Part shown: positions 44,800-55,668 of the stretch, one piece after another
How positions within the stretch are numbered: the stretch's first letter is position 1
How the letters are laid out: the number at the start of each line of letters is the position of its first letter
NCBI GenBank assembly: GCA_963745025.1
Contig: CAVUWD010000008.1
Span: 32,001-96,000 of the forward strand
Reading direction: 5' to 3'
Origin: an uncultured delta proteobacterium
Lineage (GTDB): Bacteria; Desulfobacterota; Binatia; JACPRU01
DNA: 64,000 nt
Translations under genes and position numbers: made by a program
Notes under the pieces: generated by a model
Told to the model about the DNA's origin: nothing
Databases searched by the model: none
What the model saw: the letters and a program-made list of their open reading frames with translations, nothing else

Positions 44800-46497
44800 T
44801 CACTCGGTGCCCGCGGCGTGCGTGTGCGGCGGCGCGGGCGTTTCGTTCTCCGCCTGCGTGTCCGGCACCGGGATCAGCGACATGCCGCAGACCGGACACC
44901 TGCCGGGCCCCGGCTTGTGGACGAACGCGTGCTCGGGCATCGGACACGTCCAGTAGGCGATGCGCGGGCTCTCCACGTGCCCGGCGTGGCGGCGCACCGG
45001 CACCAGCGTCATGCCGCAGATCGGACACTTGCCGGGCGTGTCGTAGAGAGTGTCGCCGTGCCCTGGCATCGGGCAGACGTAGTACAGCCGCCCTTCGTCG
45101 GCGGCCTTCTCCGCCGCCTCGGGATGTGCGGCCGCGGCGGTGCGCGCGGTGGCGTCCTTGACCGGCGCGGCGCCGTTCGCCGTGCCCGGCTGCATGAACT
45201 TTAGCGCCGCCTCACGCAGCCGGCTCTCGGAGTCGAGCAGGAACTGCCCGGACACGACGACCGTCTCGCCCGGCTCGAGGCCGGACAGCACCTCGAGCTC
45301 GTTGCGCTCGGCGCGGCGTCCGATGGTCACTTCGCGCGCTTCGAAGTGGCCGGGCTTCGGCATGACGAAGACCACGGAGCGCGTGCCCGTGTCGATCACC
45401 GCGACGTCGGGTACCAGCGTCGCATCGTCGGCGACCTGGCTGACGAGCGTAACCGTCGCGTACATGCCCGGCTTCAGCTCGTAGCCCGGGTTGTGGAATT
45501 CCATGCGCGCCGACACTTCGCGCGACTTGGCGTCGAGGTAGGGATACACGTAGGTGACGCGGCCGCGGAACGTCCGACCGGGCAGGTAGTCGAGCGTCAT
45601 GAACGCTTCCTGCCCGAGGCGCACGTAGGGCAGGTCGTACTCGTAGACCTTGGCGATGACCCAAACGGTCGACAGGTCGCCAATGCGAAAGACCTCCATG
45701 CCGGCCATGATCCGTTGGCCTTTGACGACGTTCTTCTGCGTGACGATCCCGGTGAACGGGGCGCGAATGGTCAGCGTCTTGCGCACCGTGCCGGTGCGTT
45801 CGAGCTCGGCGATCTGCCCCGGAGAGATGTCGAAGTATTCCAGTCGCGTGCGCGCGTCGCGCACCAGCGCCTCCGAATCACCGCGCGACCGCGGGATCAG
45901 CGGCATGTCCTTTTTCTGCAAGTTGCGCAACGCCGCGAGGTACTCTTCCTGCGCGGAGAACAGCGCCGGCGAGTACAGCTCGAACAGCGGCTCGCCTTCG
46001 TGCACCTGGGCGCCGGTCTGGTTGACGTACAGCTTCTCGACCCAGCCGTCGACCTTGGTGGTCACAACGGTCAGCGTCGTCTCGTCGTAGTCGACGAAGC
46101 CGACCGTGCGCACGGTCTTGGCGAGCGGCCCGCGCTTAACCGTGTCGACGCGCACGCCCATGTCCTGCTCGACCACCGGATCGATCTGGATCGAGCCGGC
46201 GGCCGCTTCGCCTTCGTAGACCGGAACCAGATCCATTCCCATCGAGTCCTTCCCCGGTTTGTCGTGGATCTCGCCCGGACTCATCGAGGACTTCCAGTAG
46301 AGGACCTTGCGGTCCTTCGACGCTGTGCCTTGCGCTGCCGTCGGTGTGCTCGCCGACGCGTGTGGCAGTCCCATGGCTGCGGAACTCTCCGGCGCGGCCC
46401 CATCGGCGGCGGACGCGTTCCACCGGAACGCGCCGACGGCTCCACCGGTGACGACAACGACGAGGCCCATCCCCACGAGGATCGGTCGTAGCGTCAT
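44800..46497 (-). CDS. RND periplasmic adaptor (CusB-like) with extra metal-binding domains
   Basis: PGKDSMGMDLVP, LKPGMY, SGQFLLDSES; two C-terminal CPM..H..PG.CP.CGM.L motifs. Confidence 0.92.
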   Translation of the reverse strand: MTLRPILVGMGLVVVVTGGAVGAFRWNASAADGAAPESSAAMGLPHASASTPTAAQGTASKDRKVLYWKSSMSPGEIHDKPGKDSMGMDLVPVYEGEAAAGSIQIDPVVEQDMGVRVDTVKRGPLAKTVRTVGFVDYDETTLTVVTTKVDGWVEKLYVNQTGAQVHEGEPLFELYSPALFSAQEEYLAALRNLQKKDMPLIPRSRGDSEALVRDARTRLEYFDISPGQIAELERTGTVRKTLTIRAPFTGIVTQKNVVKGQRIMAGMEVFRIGDLSTVWVIAKVYEYDLPYVRLGQEAFMTLDYLPGRTFRGRVTYVYPYLDAKSREVSARMEFHNPGYELKPGMYATVTLVSQVADDATLVPDVAVIDTGTRSVVFVMPKPGHFEAREVTIGRRAERNELEVLSGLEPGETVVVSGQFLLDSESRLREAALKFMQPGTANGAAPVKDATARTAAAAHPEAAEKAADEGRLYYVCPMPGHGDTLYDTPGKCPICGMTLVPVRRHAGHVESPRIAYWTCPMPEHAFVHKPGPGRCPVCGMSLIPVPDTQAENETPAPPHTHAAGTE

Positions 46498-47972
46498 GGT
46501 GCGGTGCTTCCCTCTTTTGGTGCCGAAGCGGCCGGCGCGTCATCGGCGATGCGCGGCACGCGCACGCCGATGAGTTGCTGCAGGTCGGCGAAGCGTTGCT
46601 CCAGCTGGGCGAGGGCGCGATCATAGCCGAGCGAGAAGTCGAGCCACTTGCGCCAGTTGTCGATCAGCGCCGTGAATTCGAGCGATCCGGCTTGATAGGT
46701 CGAGGTCGACACCTCGACGGCTTGCCAGGCACGCGGCACGATCAGGTCGCGAAAGAGCAGCGCCTGGCGGTACTGCGTGTCGATCTTCACCAGCGTGTCC
46801 TGCAGTTGGAAGGACAGCTGGTTGCGCATCTCGCGGTACTCCTCGACGGACGCCAGGGTCTGCGCGTTGCCTTCGAGCACGCGGGCGCGCAGGCGCTGCC
46901 ACCAGATCGGCAGGTTGAGGCCGAACCCCAGGCTCCACGCATCGTCGCCGGTGTGCACCGGGCTGATGCCGGAGCTGGAGATGAACGTGTACGTGTAGCC
47001 GACGGTGAGGTCGGGGAAGTAGTTCAGGCGTGCGAGATTGACGGTCTCGATGTCGCGCTCGATCTGCTCCTGCAACCGCGCCAGGCGCGGGTTCGCGGTC
47101 ACGGCGTGTTCCATCGCCTGTGGCAGCTTCCATTGTACCTGCCGGAGATCGAACGCGCGCGGCGGCGGCAGCGGCGCGTCGACGGCGCGATTCATCAGCG
47201 CGTTGAGCTGGGCGCGTGCCGTGGCGCGTTGTTGATCGAGAGTGATCAGCTCGTTCTGCAGGCCGTAGAGCTCGACCTCGGCGCGCAGCACGTCCTGCTG
47301 CGTCGCCGCACCCGCCTTGTAGCGCGCCCCCGCGACGTCGTGGATCTGTTGCAGCAGCTGCTCGCTCTGGCGGGTGATCTGGATCGAAACGTCGGCGAGG
47401 TAGTAGCTGTAGTAGACCTTCTGCACCTGGGCGACGGCGGAGATGCGCGCGTCGGCGAGACTGTCGAGCGCCATGCGCACGGTGGCCTCGGCGATGCGCC
47501 CGCGGGCACTGAGCTTGCCGGGGAAGGGGATCTTCTGGGTGACACTGAGGGCGCCGGCCATCATGCCCGCAGCCGTCTCGATCATGTCACCGGTCGGCGG
47601 GACGATGTTGATCATTGGATCGTCGAGCGAGGTGACCTGCGGGACCTGGTAGCCGAGCACCTGTAGCTGGCGGACGGCGCGCCCGATGGCCGGGTTGTCG
47701 CGCAGCGTGATGCGGACATAGTCGTCGAGCCCGGCATCGTCCGGCAGCGGCGCGTCGTTCGGCGACGGCAGGCCGTGCTCGGCAGTGTTCGTCGCCAGGC
47801 GGAGGGTCGCTGCGGTATCTTCCACCGCCGGCGTGAGATCGCGTGCTTCGGCAGCGATCTGGCGCTGCAACGCCCAGTTCACGGTACTGCAGCCCGCGGT
47901 GCCCAGCAGTAGCGCTGCGAAGCAAGGAACGAGGGCTTGTCCGCGGCGCTTCGCCCGTTCCTCCCGAGTCAT
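46494..47972 (-). CDS. TolC-family outer membrane factor (lipoprotein)
   Basis: TAGC lipobox, QKIPFPGKL, RY.AG...QQDVLRA, operon position. Confidence 0.9.
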   Translation of the reverse strand: MTREERAKRRGQALVPCFAALLLGTAGCSTVNWALQRQIAAEARDLTPAVEDTAATLRLATNTAEHGLPSPNDAPLPDDAGLDDYVRITLRDNPAIGRAVRQLQVLGYQVPQVTSLDDPMINIVPPTGDMIETAAGMMAGALSVTQKIPFPGKLSARGRIAEATVRMALDSLADARISAVAQVQKVYYSYYLADVSIQITRQSEQLLQQIHDVAGARYKAGAATQQDVLRAEVELYGLQNELITLDQQRATARAQLNALMNRAVDAPLPPPRAFDLRQVQWKLPQAMEHAVTANPRLARLQEQIERDIETVNLARLNYFPDLTVGYTYTFISSSGISPVHTGDDAWSLGFGLNLPIWWQRLRARVLEGNAQTLASVEEYREMRNQLSFQLQDTLVKIDTQYRQALLFRDLIVPRAWQAVEVSTSTYQAGSLEFTALIDNWRKWLDFSLGYDRALAQLEQRFADLQQLIGVRVPRIADDAPAASAPKEGSTAP

Positions 47973-48075
47973 GCACGCACTCCGTAACGATGCGGCGTGT
48001 CCTGGAACCGCGCGCAGCACGCCAAGAGTCGAAGAACACGACCGCGCATCGGCAATCAGACATCGTTTGGTCTCC

Positions 48076-48820
48076 TCATAGCCAGCCGTTCGCAAATCCC
48101 GCCCGCCGTAACCCCGTGACGACGTAGGGGCAACGCCGCGTCAGTCGCCAAAGCAAGTCCGAGCGGTAGTTCTCGCACATCAATACGACCGGCCCCAGGT
48201 TGATCCCGTAATGGTACAGCGAGGTCCAGCCGGGCTTGCCCTGCGAGTCGTGCGGAAAGGTCAAATTGAAGCTGCACTTGAAGCAATACTTGCCGGTGAT
48301 CTCCGGGTAGACCTCCTTGAAATGCCGAACCGTCGGCAGCACGATCTCCGGGGCAAAGGGCAGTGAGGCGACCACTGCCCACGGCGCGACGGTCCCGTCG
48401 TCCGGGCCGTACGGCACGCCGCGCGCCACATAATCGAAGAAGCGGCGCTCGACGCCACGGACCTGCCGCACCGTCCAGCCGGGTCCATCGCTCGCGGTCA
48501 GCCCCCAGAAGTATTGGCCGTAGCCCACGAATGCGAGAGGGTTATGAACCGCGTACTGCTGCTGGACGTGGGTCGCTCGCCGGCTGTTCTCGAAGTAGTC
48601 GATGCCCTTGCCGCGCATGAAGGCATCCTGGATCCCACGGAAGTCGATCCACAGGTGCGAGAATTGATGGGTGAAGAGCGAGCTGCCATACAGGAACTCG
48701 TGCCCATAGATCTCCTTCCACTCGTAGGTGGAGGTCCACGCCGAATAGCTTTCCTTTGGCAGCGGGTACGTCGGCGAACCAAGGCCCAGCACGTACACGA
48801 GCAGGGCCTCGTCGTAGCAC
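48076..48820 (-). pseudogene. 5'-truncated glucoamylase-family (beta-glucan hydrolase-like) gene
   Basis: YDEAL..YVL.LGSPT, LFTHQFSH.WIDFRG, DYFENSRRAT, WGLTASDGP, GLRRAGF. Confidence 0.8.
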
Positions 48821-49075
48821 CGAGCTCTCGCCATTCACAGTGACACCGTCCGCGGGAATCTTCTCGCCTGGTTTGATCAGGACCTTGTCATCCACCGCCA
48901 GCTCGCTCAGCAGCACGTCCTTCACGCTCCCGTCGGGCATGAGCTTGTGCGCGTCCGAGGGCATGAGCTTGGCCAGCTCCTCCAGGGCCCTCGAGGCTCC
49001 CATCACCGACTTCATCTCGATCCAGTGCCCCAGCAGCATGATGTCAACGAGGGTGGCCAGCTCCCAGAAGAACGC
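48820..49075 (-). pseudogene. Internal fragment of a Cu-type P1B ATPase (CopB-like)
   Basis: FFWELATL.DIMLLGHWIEM, KPGEKIPADG..GESSV. Confidence 0.85.
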
Positions 49076-49486
49076 GCCGGCCGCTCAGGGGCACCCTGCA
49101 CAACAATCTCGACGAGCGGCCGCTGGAAGACAGCGATCGGGTACGGAGTGCTCGCCCACCGCGCGGCAACGATCGTAAGCGCAACCCCCGCCCCGGCGAG
49201 CAATATCATCGCGCCAAAGGCGAGCAGAACCTGCGCGACGCGGCTCGTGCGCCCCCGTACATGAACGACCGAGGGCCTTTCGTAGGGGCGCTCGTCCCCC
49301 CAATCGGTTGGGCCGCTCACTGAGATGCTCGATCACGCCACGACGACAACAGCGGCATTACATGATCGTATAAATTTCAACAAGCGAAGGTCCGCAGGGC
49401 TACCCGGGGATTTACCTCACGTCGCTGAGCGGGGTGTTTGTCTGGCCCGGGTAGTCCTACCGCGCCTTCGGGAGCGTTTGCCAGAC

Positions 49487-49654
49487 TACCCGGAGCAGGG
49501 TTCGTAGCGCACGCTTAGGCCGGTGCCCGGCGCCGAGCTGCGCCTTCCTAAGATTTTCTGCAGCTCGCGGGCGTACGTAAGGTTGGAATCTAGGACACCG
49601 GCACTGCCACTCTACCGCTCTACGCCCGCTTTGACGGGGCGCACAAGGGGCGCA
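49487..49654 (-). mobile_element. att remnant: tRNA-Leu-like 3' end plus arm-type repeat
   Basis: Minus strand CGAACCCTGCTCCGGGTA (49504-49487); GGGGCGCA twice with 11-bp period at 49636-49654. Confidence 0.45.
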
Positions 49655-49839
49655 AAACCACTAACCCCCTGACTCCTCGACTCTTCCTCCACACTTTAAG
49701 GCTGGGAAGTCGAGGAACTTCGGACTAGAAGTCCATCGCGAACGCGCTTTGGCCCAGCGCCAAGAGGATAAATCCGGCGATCACCGCCCGAGTTCCTATC
49801 GTCCGCGTCGTTTCGCTCCGGTTTCGGCTATTACTTGGG

Positions 49840-50450
49840 CTTGCCCAGGCCCGCATCGTCACGCGCGCATATCGCAATCGCCGAAAAGTCCATGTCGCCC
49901 CGTCCCTTGGCAATACTGGACACGAACCGCTCGCGGGAAAGGCGGCTATAGGCATTGGCGCTCCTGCTTCCGCCCCGGTCTCAAGCATCAGTTTTACGTC
50001 CTTGAGGCCGAGCTCCATCCTGAATGTCACGGGCTGGTGCACCATGCGGGCGATTTCGGAGCCAAAGCCCTGGTACACGAGACAGGCAAAGGCTGTTTGC
50101 GTGAGCATCTCCACGGTTTCGACTCGATCGACGCCGCTCTTTTCCGCCAGCGTGAGCGCCTCGGCGAGGGCCTCGATCGCGGCAATGATCAGAAAGTTCA
50201 TGGTGAGCTTCACGACGCTGGCGGCCCCGGGGTCCTCGCCGAAGTCGAATACCTTCTGCCCCATCGCCTCGAGCAGCTGGCGAATTTTTTCTTTCGCGGC
50301 GTTAGGGCCTGACGCGCAAAGCCACATTTGCCTCGATCACGCCGCGTCGGGCCGCCCGAAGGCAGGCGCCGCAACGTAGAAACTCCCGCATTCGGCGTGA
50401 TACCGAGCGAGCCTACTCAACCGGTTCAGGTCCTGGTCGCCGCGAGCTAG
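49840..50450 (-). pseudogene. NAD(P)-dependent 3-hydroxyisobutyrate/6PG dehydrogenase family fragment
   Basis: YVAAP.FGRPDAA* then G.A.VVKL..NF, F..LG.KD; in-frame stop and no Rossmann N-terminus. Confidence 0.75.
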
Positions 50451-50657
50451 ATAACGCCTCGATCTCAGACGCCCGCACTCCCGCTCCGCCGCCCCGCTCT
50501 GACGGGAGCAACGTCCCTCTTCTCGGCCTCCACCTAAAGTAGGGGCGAAATCCCTACTTCCGCTGGATTGGCGGAGCGCGCCGGGTGCGTTCCACTTCCC
50601 GATCCGACCGTCGGGCCAGGCCACAACGGGTTCCGCGTTACGAAAGGAAATCATCCC

Positions 50658-50906
50658 GTGAACAAGGCGTTCCTTGCAGTCCCTTGCGCGATGGGCCTTG
50701 TCGGCATCGCACTCATCGCTATCGCGCTCACCGCCGCGGAGGAATTTCGTTTCCTCGGCGCGACATTGGAGAAGCGCTTCGGCTTCGTGCTCGGCGGGGT
50801 CGGAATCCTTGGCGCCGTGGTCATCGCTTCCGTAATGCGCGGGAAGCTGAAGGCTGAGGCGCAGGGTCCTCGGCGCACGGCCGAATCGCACCGGCCTCGC
50901 GCCTGA
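50658..50906 (+). CDS. Small two-TM hypothetical protein
   Basis: AAGGA RBS before GTG; two hydrophobic segments. Confidence 0.45.
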   Translation: MNKAFLAVPCAMGLVGIALIAIALTAAEEFRFLGATLEKRFGFVLGGVGILGAVVIASVMRGKLKAEAQGPRRTAESHRPRA

Positions 50907-51307
50907 TGCTGGAACCACGGATGGGCGGCGCAGCAACGACCCGTGGAAGCCGGATGGCCAGCCGTCTTCCACGAGGCGTGTGCAGCAGCGAGAGAGACGG
51001 CGTAAGGGCTTTCGCAGTAGGCAGGTGGGCGCCATCGTTGGCAGAGGCGACCATACTTGTGCGTTTCGTGACCGTGCCGCTGCTGGCGCTATGGCTAAGC
51101 CGCTGCACCAAACCCCACGACGAAGGCCTGGAGAGCTGGCGGGGCAACCTTTGCAGAGATCATGCTGGGATCTGCCGTGATGCAGCCAGCGGGGAACAGG
51201 CGCCAGTCGTATGCGAGGATGCGAGCATTCCGGTTTGCCCCAAGATGCGACTATGAGTGCTTGCCGTCGTGAATCGAGTTGGAAACTCTGGGCTTCGCAG
51301 GTCAATC

Positions 51308-52600
51308 GTGACGAAAAGGTTCTTCTTCGCCCTCTTCTTAGCCACGAGCCCAGCGTGGGCGGAGGCGCAAGCATCTCACGACGATCCGATCGCAGCAGTC
51401 GCCCTCTGGTTGGCCGTCATCCTCGTGACCGCAAAGCTCGGTGGCGATCTCGCCGTGCGCGCAGGTCAGCCGGCCGTTCTCGGCGAGCTCATCGGCGGCA
51501 TCGTGCTTGGCAATCTCTCGCTCGCTGGGGTCTCGGCGTTTGCGGGAATCAAAACGGACCTGTCCCTCGAGATGCTCGCTCGGATCGGTGCGCTCATCTT
51601 GCTCTTCGAGGTCGGTCTCGAGTCGACCGTGGCTGAGATGCTCGACGTCGGGACTTCGGCGATGCTCGTGGCGACGGCCGGAGTCGTCGCTCCGTTCGCG
51701 CTGGGCTGGGGCGTGGGGGCGTGGCTCCTCCCGGAGCACAGCACGTACGTCCATGCCTTCCTCGGCGCCACACTCTGTGCCACGAGCGTCGGTATCACCG
51801 CGCGGGTCTTGAAGGACCTCGGACGGTCGCAGAGCCGCGAGGCACGAATCATCCTCGGTGCGGCTGTGATCGACGACGTGCTCGGTCTCGTCGTGCTCGC
51901 GGTCGTCAGCGGTGTCGTCGTGGCAGCCGATACGGGCGGCCATCTTTCCTACGGCGCAATAGCCGCGATACTCGGCAAGGCCATTGCGTTTCTCGCCGGC
52001 TCGCTGATTCTCGGTGTCTATCTGTCACCGAAGATCTTCCGTCTGGCAGCGGCCCTCCGTTCGGGAGGCGTGCTGCTCGCGGCGGGGCTCTCCTCTTGCT
52101 TCCTCCTCGCGTGGCTTGCGAATGCGATCGGCCTTGCGTCGATCGTCGGAGCGTTCGCCGCCGGTCTCATTCTCGAGGCCTTGCATTCCGCGATCTTCGT
52201 CGAGCGTGGCGAGCCCGGGCTTCGGGAACTCGTTCATCCGATCTCGGGCTTCCTCGTGCCGGTGTTCTTCGTCGTCATGGGAGCCCGCGCAGACCTTCGT
52301 GCGTTCACGGAGCCTACGATCGTCGGCCTGGCCACGGCGCTCACCATTGCCGCGATCGCCGGCAAGCAAGCGTGCTCGGCAGCGGTCACAGGCCGAGGCA
52401 TCGACCGTTTGTCGATCGGAATCGGCATGGTGCCTCGCGGCGAGGTCGGGCTGATCTTCGCGAACATGGGGCTCGCGTTGTCGGTCCATGGCGAGCGCAT
52501 CATCGACGCTTCCACGTACTCCGCCTTGGTCGTGATGATCATAGTCACCACCATGATTACTCCGCCGGCTCTGAAGTGGAGTCTCGCGCGAAGGCGCTGA
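51308..52600 (+). CDS. Cation:proton antiporter (CPA2/NapA-like)
   Basis: GQPAVLGEL, LLFEVGLES, ATSVGIT, AAVIDDVLG, GMVPRGEVG. Confidence 0.93.
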   Translation: MTKRFFFALFLATSPAWAEAQASHDDPIAAVALWLAVILVTAKLGGDLAVRAGQPAVLGELIGGIVLGNLSLAGVSAFAGIKTDLSLEMLARIGALILLFEVGLESTVAEMLDVGTSAMLVATAGVVAPFALGWGVGAWLLPEHSTYVHAFLGATLCATSVGITARVLKDLGRSQSREARIILGAAVIDDVLGLVVLAVVSGVVVAADTGGHLSYGAIAAILGKAIAFLAGSLILGVYLSPKIFRLAAALRSGGVLLAAGLSSCFLLAWLANAIGLASIVGAFAAGLILEALHSAIFVERGEPGLRELVHPISGFLVPVFFVVMGARADLRAFTEPTIVGLATALTIAAIAGKQACSAAVTGRGIDRLSIGIGMVPRGEVGLIFANMGLALSVHGERIIDASTYSALVVMIIVTTMITPPALKWSLARRR

Positions 52601-52889
52601 GCGTACCGCGAGCGACGAGGGTTCCCATGACCTCTGCCGTGCCACTGGATTCTTTTGGCTGGCGGCTCGTCTTGCCACCGCCGGCTGCTCGATGGTCGCG
52701 AGCAGGCGCAGCCGCTCGCTGCTTTCGGGACAGGCAAGCACGTCGGAATGCCCAGAGCCCCTACCCGCCCGATCTCCACCCGGTTTCCCGGTTCTGTTCG
52801 ATTCGCGGCTCGATTAAGGTGCCCCTGGCGCTCGGCCGACGTGCTGCATCGGCTGGGCCGGTGCCCGGGCCGCCGTGGGCGGCGCTCGT

Positions 52890-53323
52890 TTCTCCGCGAT
52901 CGTCCGCGCTCCTTTGACCGGGATCGTCCTTATCGTGGAGATGACGGGTAACTACTCGCTCGTCTTGCCCTGTTGGTCGCCTGTCTTACCGCTTATGGTG
53001 TCGCTGAGTTCCTTCGCGACCGCCCCGTGTACGAGGCCTTGCTCGACCGTGACCTCGTCCGAAGTCAGGAGAACGCGGCACTCGAGGGCACCCTGCTTCT
53101 CGACCTCACCATCACGTCCGGAGCCCCGTTCGACGGTCGGCGAGTGCGCGAACTGGGACTTCCGCCAGGCTGCATCGTGATCCTGCTCCGGCGGGGAGTG
53201 CGCGAGGAAGTACCCACTACCGAGTCTCGCATCATGGCCGGCGATCAAATTACCGTGCTGGCCGCCCCGCACGCGGCGGGTGCCCTTCGGCTTCTTCACG
53301 AAGGAGCTGGGCTCGGTGCCTGA
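52890..53323 (+). pseudogene. 3' fragment of a second ClC-TrkA-C gene
   Basis: FSAIVRAPLTGIVLIVEMTGNYSLVLP identical to the intact ClC; RPVYEALL; TrkA-C tail. Confidence 0.85.
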
Positions 53324-53782
53324 CGTTCCGTTCCTCGACTCATCGCCTGCGCGCAGCAATGAAAGCCGAGACCAGGCACGCAGGACGCATGAATCCCCAG
53401 GGAGCTGCGAAGTCTTACGGAATACGCCCTACCACGACCCGGTTGCGGCGCTGGGGTGGGTCGCATGGACTCCGTGGTCGTTGCCCGACCGCCGAACCCG
53501 ATACTTTCAACGGGGACCGCAGGAGCCCCGTTGCGGCCGCCTTCATGGAACAATGCATCGGAAGCTCACCGAGCACTTCATTCGCCGGTTGTACCAACCG
53601 TGTCGCGCCGGTGAACCGGGCGAAGAGAACAGAACGCGGGACAAATCGAAAGCCTTCGGTGCCCGCCTGGATCGAAGACACCGTCCGCGCGGCATTGCGG
53701 ACCGACTCACCGTGCGTGTAGTTCGATCATGCAGCCAACTACGCGGGCGCGCAGCGACCCGTGGCGACAAAGGCGAACCTCC

Positions 53783-54898
53783 ATGATCACACGTCATCTT
53801 GCCGATCTGGATCTCAACATCGCTCGAGCTCGGATCTTTTTGTCTCTCGCCACCCTGGTTTCCGTTTATGCCGATCCGAATGTGCCCGACATGACTCCAT
53901 GGATACGGTTGACGGGCGGGCCGATGCGCATCGACCGCTATGCATTGGCCGCGCTGTGCACCCACCTCGGCTACAGCGCGGTGATGCACGCCGCCTCCAG
54001 CTATCGGCCGCTCGGTCCGCGGCTTCACCTCGCCTCAAAGATGCTCGACATTTTCTTCGCCGTCATTGTCGCAGTGTTCACGGAAGGAAGGACGAGCCCG
54101 TCGTTCGTGTTCTTCGCATTCGCCATCATCGCCGTCGGCTGTCGCGAGGGTTTTCGCGCGACGATCACGGTTACTCTGTGCAGCGCGATGCTGTATTTGG
54201 CCCTGCTCGTCTTATCCTCGCAGGGTACCGCGCCGAGCGCCTATCTGATGCGTCCGGTCTATCTGGCAATCACGGGGTACCTGATCAGTTTCCTCGGTCA
54301 GCAGCGAATCAACTTCGAGACCCGGGTTCGGGAGCTCGAGACCCGCGCGCAGCGGCTGACGATTGCGCGCTCTTTGCACGACGGATTCATCCAGTCGCTT
54401 GCGGCGGTGAAGCTTCGCCTCGCCACGTGCAGTCAGTGGCTCTCGGAAGGGCAGCTGGAGCGCGGAATCGCTGATATCACCGATCTTCAGTCCGGCATCA
54501 CGCGGGAGTACGACGAGGTCCGAGCGTACGTACGCTCGCTGGCGGAGCTCGAGGGGACTGCGGTTTCGATGCCCGAGAACTCCGATACGCGCTTCGAGGT
54601 CGACGTGCGCTTTCGCGCGCGCGGGGCCGTGACCGAGCAAATCCTGCAAATCCTACTCGAGGGTACACGCAACGTCGTCCACCATGCCGGCGCGACCTCG
54701 GCGGTGTTCTCCGCGAGGGAAGAGGCCGGAACCGTGCGCATCTCGCTCGACGACGATGGGATCGGCTTCCCCGCAGGAACGCAGGCGCCTTGGTCGATCG
54801 CCTCGCGGGTGTCGGAGGTAGGCGGGCGAATCGAAGTTTGCGATCGGTCGGGGGCAGGCGTACACCTCGAGGTCGAGCTACCCGCTGCGTACACCTGA
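53783..54898 (+). CDS. Membrane sensor histidine kinase (HisKA_3)
   Basis: TM region; ARSLHDG.IQ H-box; E..RNVV.HA N-box; DDGIGF. Confidence 0.92.
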   Translation: MITRHLADLDLNIARARIFLSLATLVSVYADPNVPDMTPWIRLTGGPMRIDRYALAALCTHLGYSAVMHAASSYRPLGPRLHLASKMLDIFFAVIVAVFTEGRTSPSFVFFAFAIIAVGCREGFRATITVTLCSAMLYLALLVLSSQGTAPSAYLMRPVYLAITGYLISFLGQQRINFETRVRELETRAQRLTIARSLHDGFIQSLAAVKLRLATCSQWLSEGQLERGIADITDLQSGITREYDEVRAYVRSLAELEGTAVSMPENSDTRFEVDVRFRARGAVTEQILQILLEGTRNVVHHAGATSAVFSAREEAGTVRISLDDDGIGFPAGTQAPWSIASRVSEVGGRIEVCDRSGAGVHLEVELPAAYT

Positions 54899-55533
54899 TG
54901 AAGAATCGCGTCCGCGTCATTCTGGCCGACGACCACGCCCTCTTCCGCGGAGCTCTGCGGTCTCAGCTCGCGCGGGAGGCCGACATCGAGGTGGTTGGCG
55001 AGGTAGAACGAGCCGGAGATCTCGCGGCGACGATCGATCGCGTCGCGTGTGACGTCTTGCTGCTCGATCTCCAGATGGAGCGCTGGTCACTCAACGACAT
55101 CGAAGAGTTGTCGAAGAGAGTACGCGTGGTCGTCGTCACTGCCAGCGAGCGCTCCGCGGATGCGCTCGCGGCGGTTCGACTGGGCGCACGAGCCGTGGTT
55201 CAGAAGCACCTCGCCTTCGAGACGCTGGTCGGCGCCATCCGGGCTGTCGCGGAAGGACTCGTCTGGCTTCCACCTCATCTACAGACAGAACTCGCCGAAG
55301 ATTGGAGATCCCCCGGCCGGACGTCACTGACGGAGCGCGAGCGTGAGGTCACCCGGCTGGTGGCGGTCGGATTGCGCAACGCGGAGATCGCTAAGCGACT
55401 GTTCATCAGCGAGCTCACGGTGAAGACGCACCTCAACAACGTTTTCCAAAAGCTAGCTCTGCGAGATCGTGTCGAGCTGACTCGTTACGCGATCCGCGAA
55501 GGCTTGGTCGGAGTGCACGACCCGGAAGTCTGA
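54898..55533 (+). CDS. NarL/LuxR response regulator
   Basis: ILADDH, LLLDLQM, LTEREREV..G.RNAEIA..TVKTH; TGATG overlap with kinase. Confidence 0.95.
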   Translation: MKNRVRVILADDHALFRGALRSQLAREADIEVVGEVERAGDLAATIDRVACDVLLLDLQMERWSLNDIEELSKRVRVVVVTASERSADALAAVRLGARAVVQKHLAFETLVGAIRAVAEGLVWLPPHLQTELAEDWRSPGRTSLTEREREVTRLVAVGLRNAEIAKRLFISELTVKTHLNNVFQKLALRDRVELTRYAIREGLVGVHDPEV

Positions 55534-55668
55534 GCCAACCCCTCCTACCAAAGTACCAGGGGAGATTCCTCCCGTCGTCGAATGGTCGGTTGGCCAGCTC
55601 GCACTATATTCGTGCCTGGTCGAATTGTCTCGCGCAGTTCGCGCGAGCGCCGAAGGGAGGCTTTGCCT

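Noticed and set aside
48542-49039. Functional CopB-glucoamylase fusion protein
   Set aside because: The two parts are in different frames and both lack essential domains
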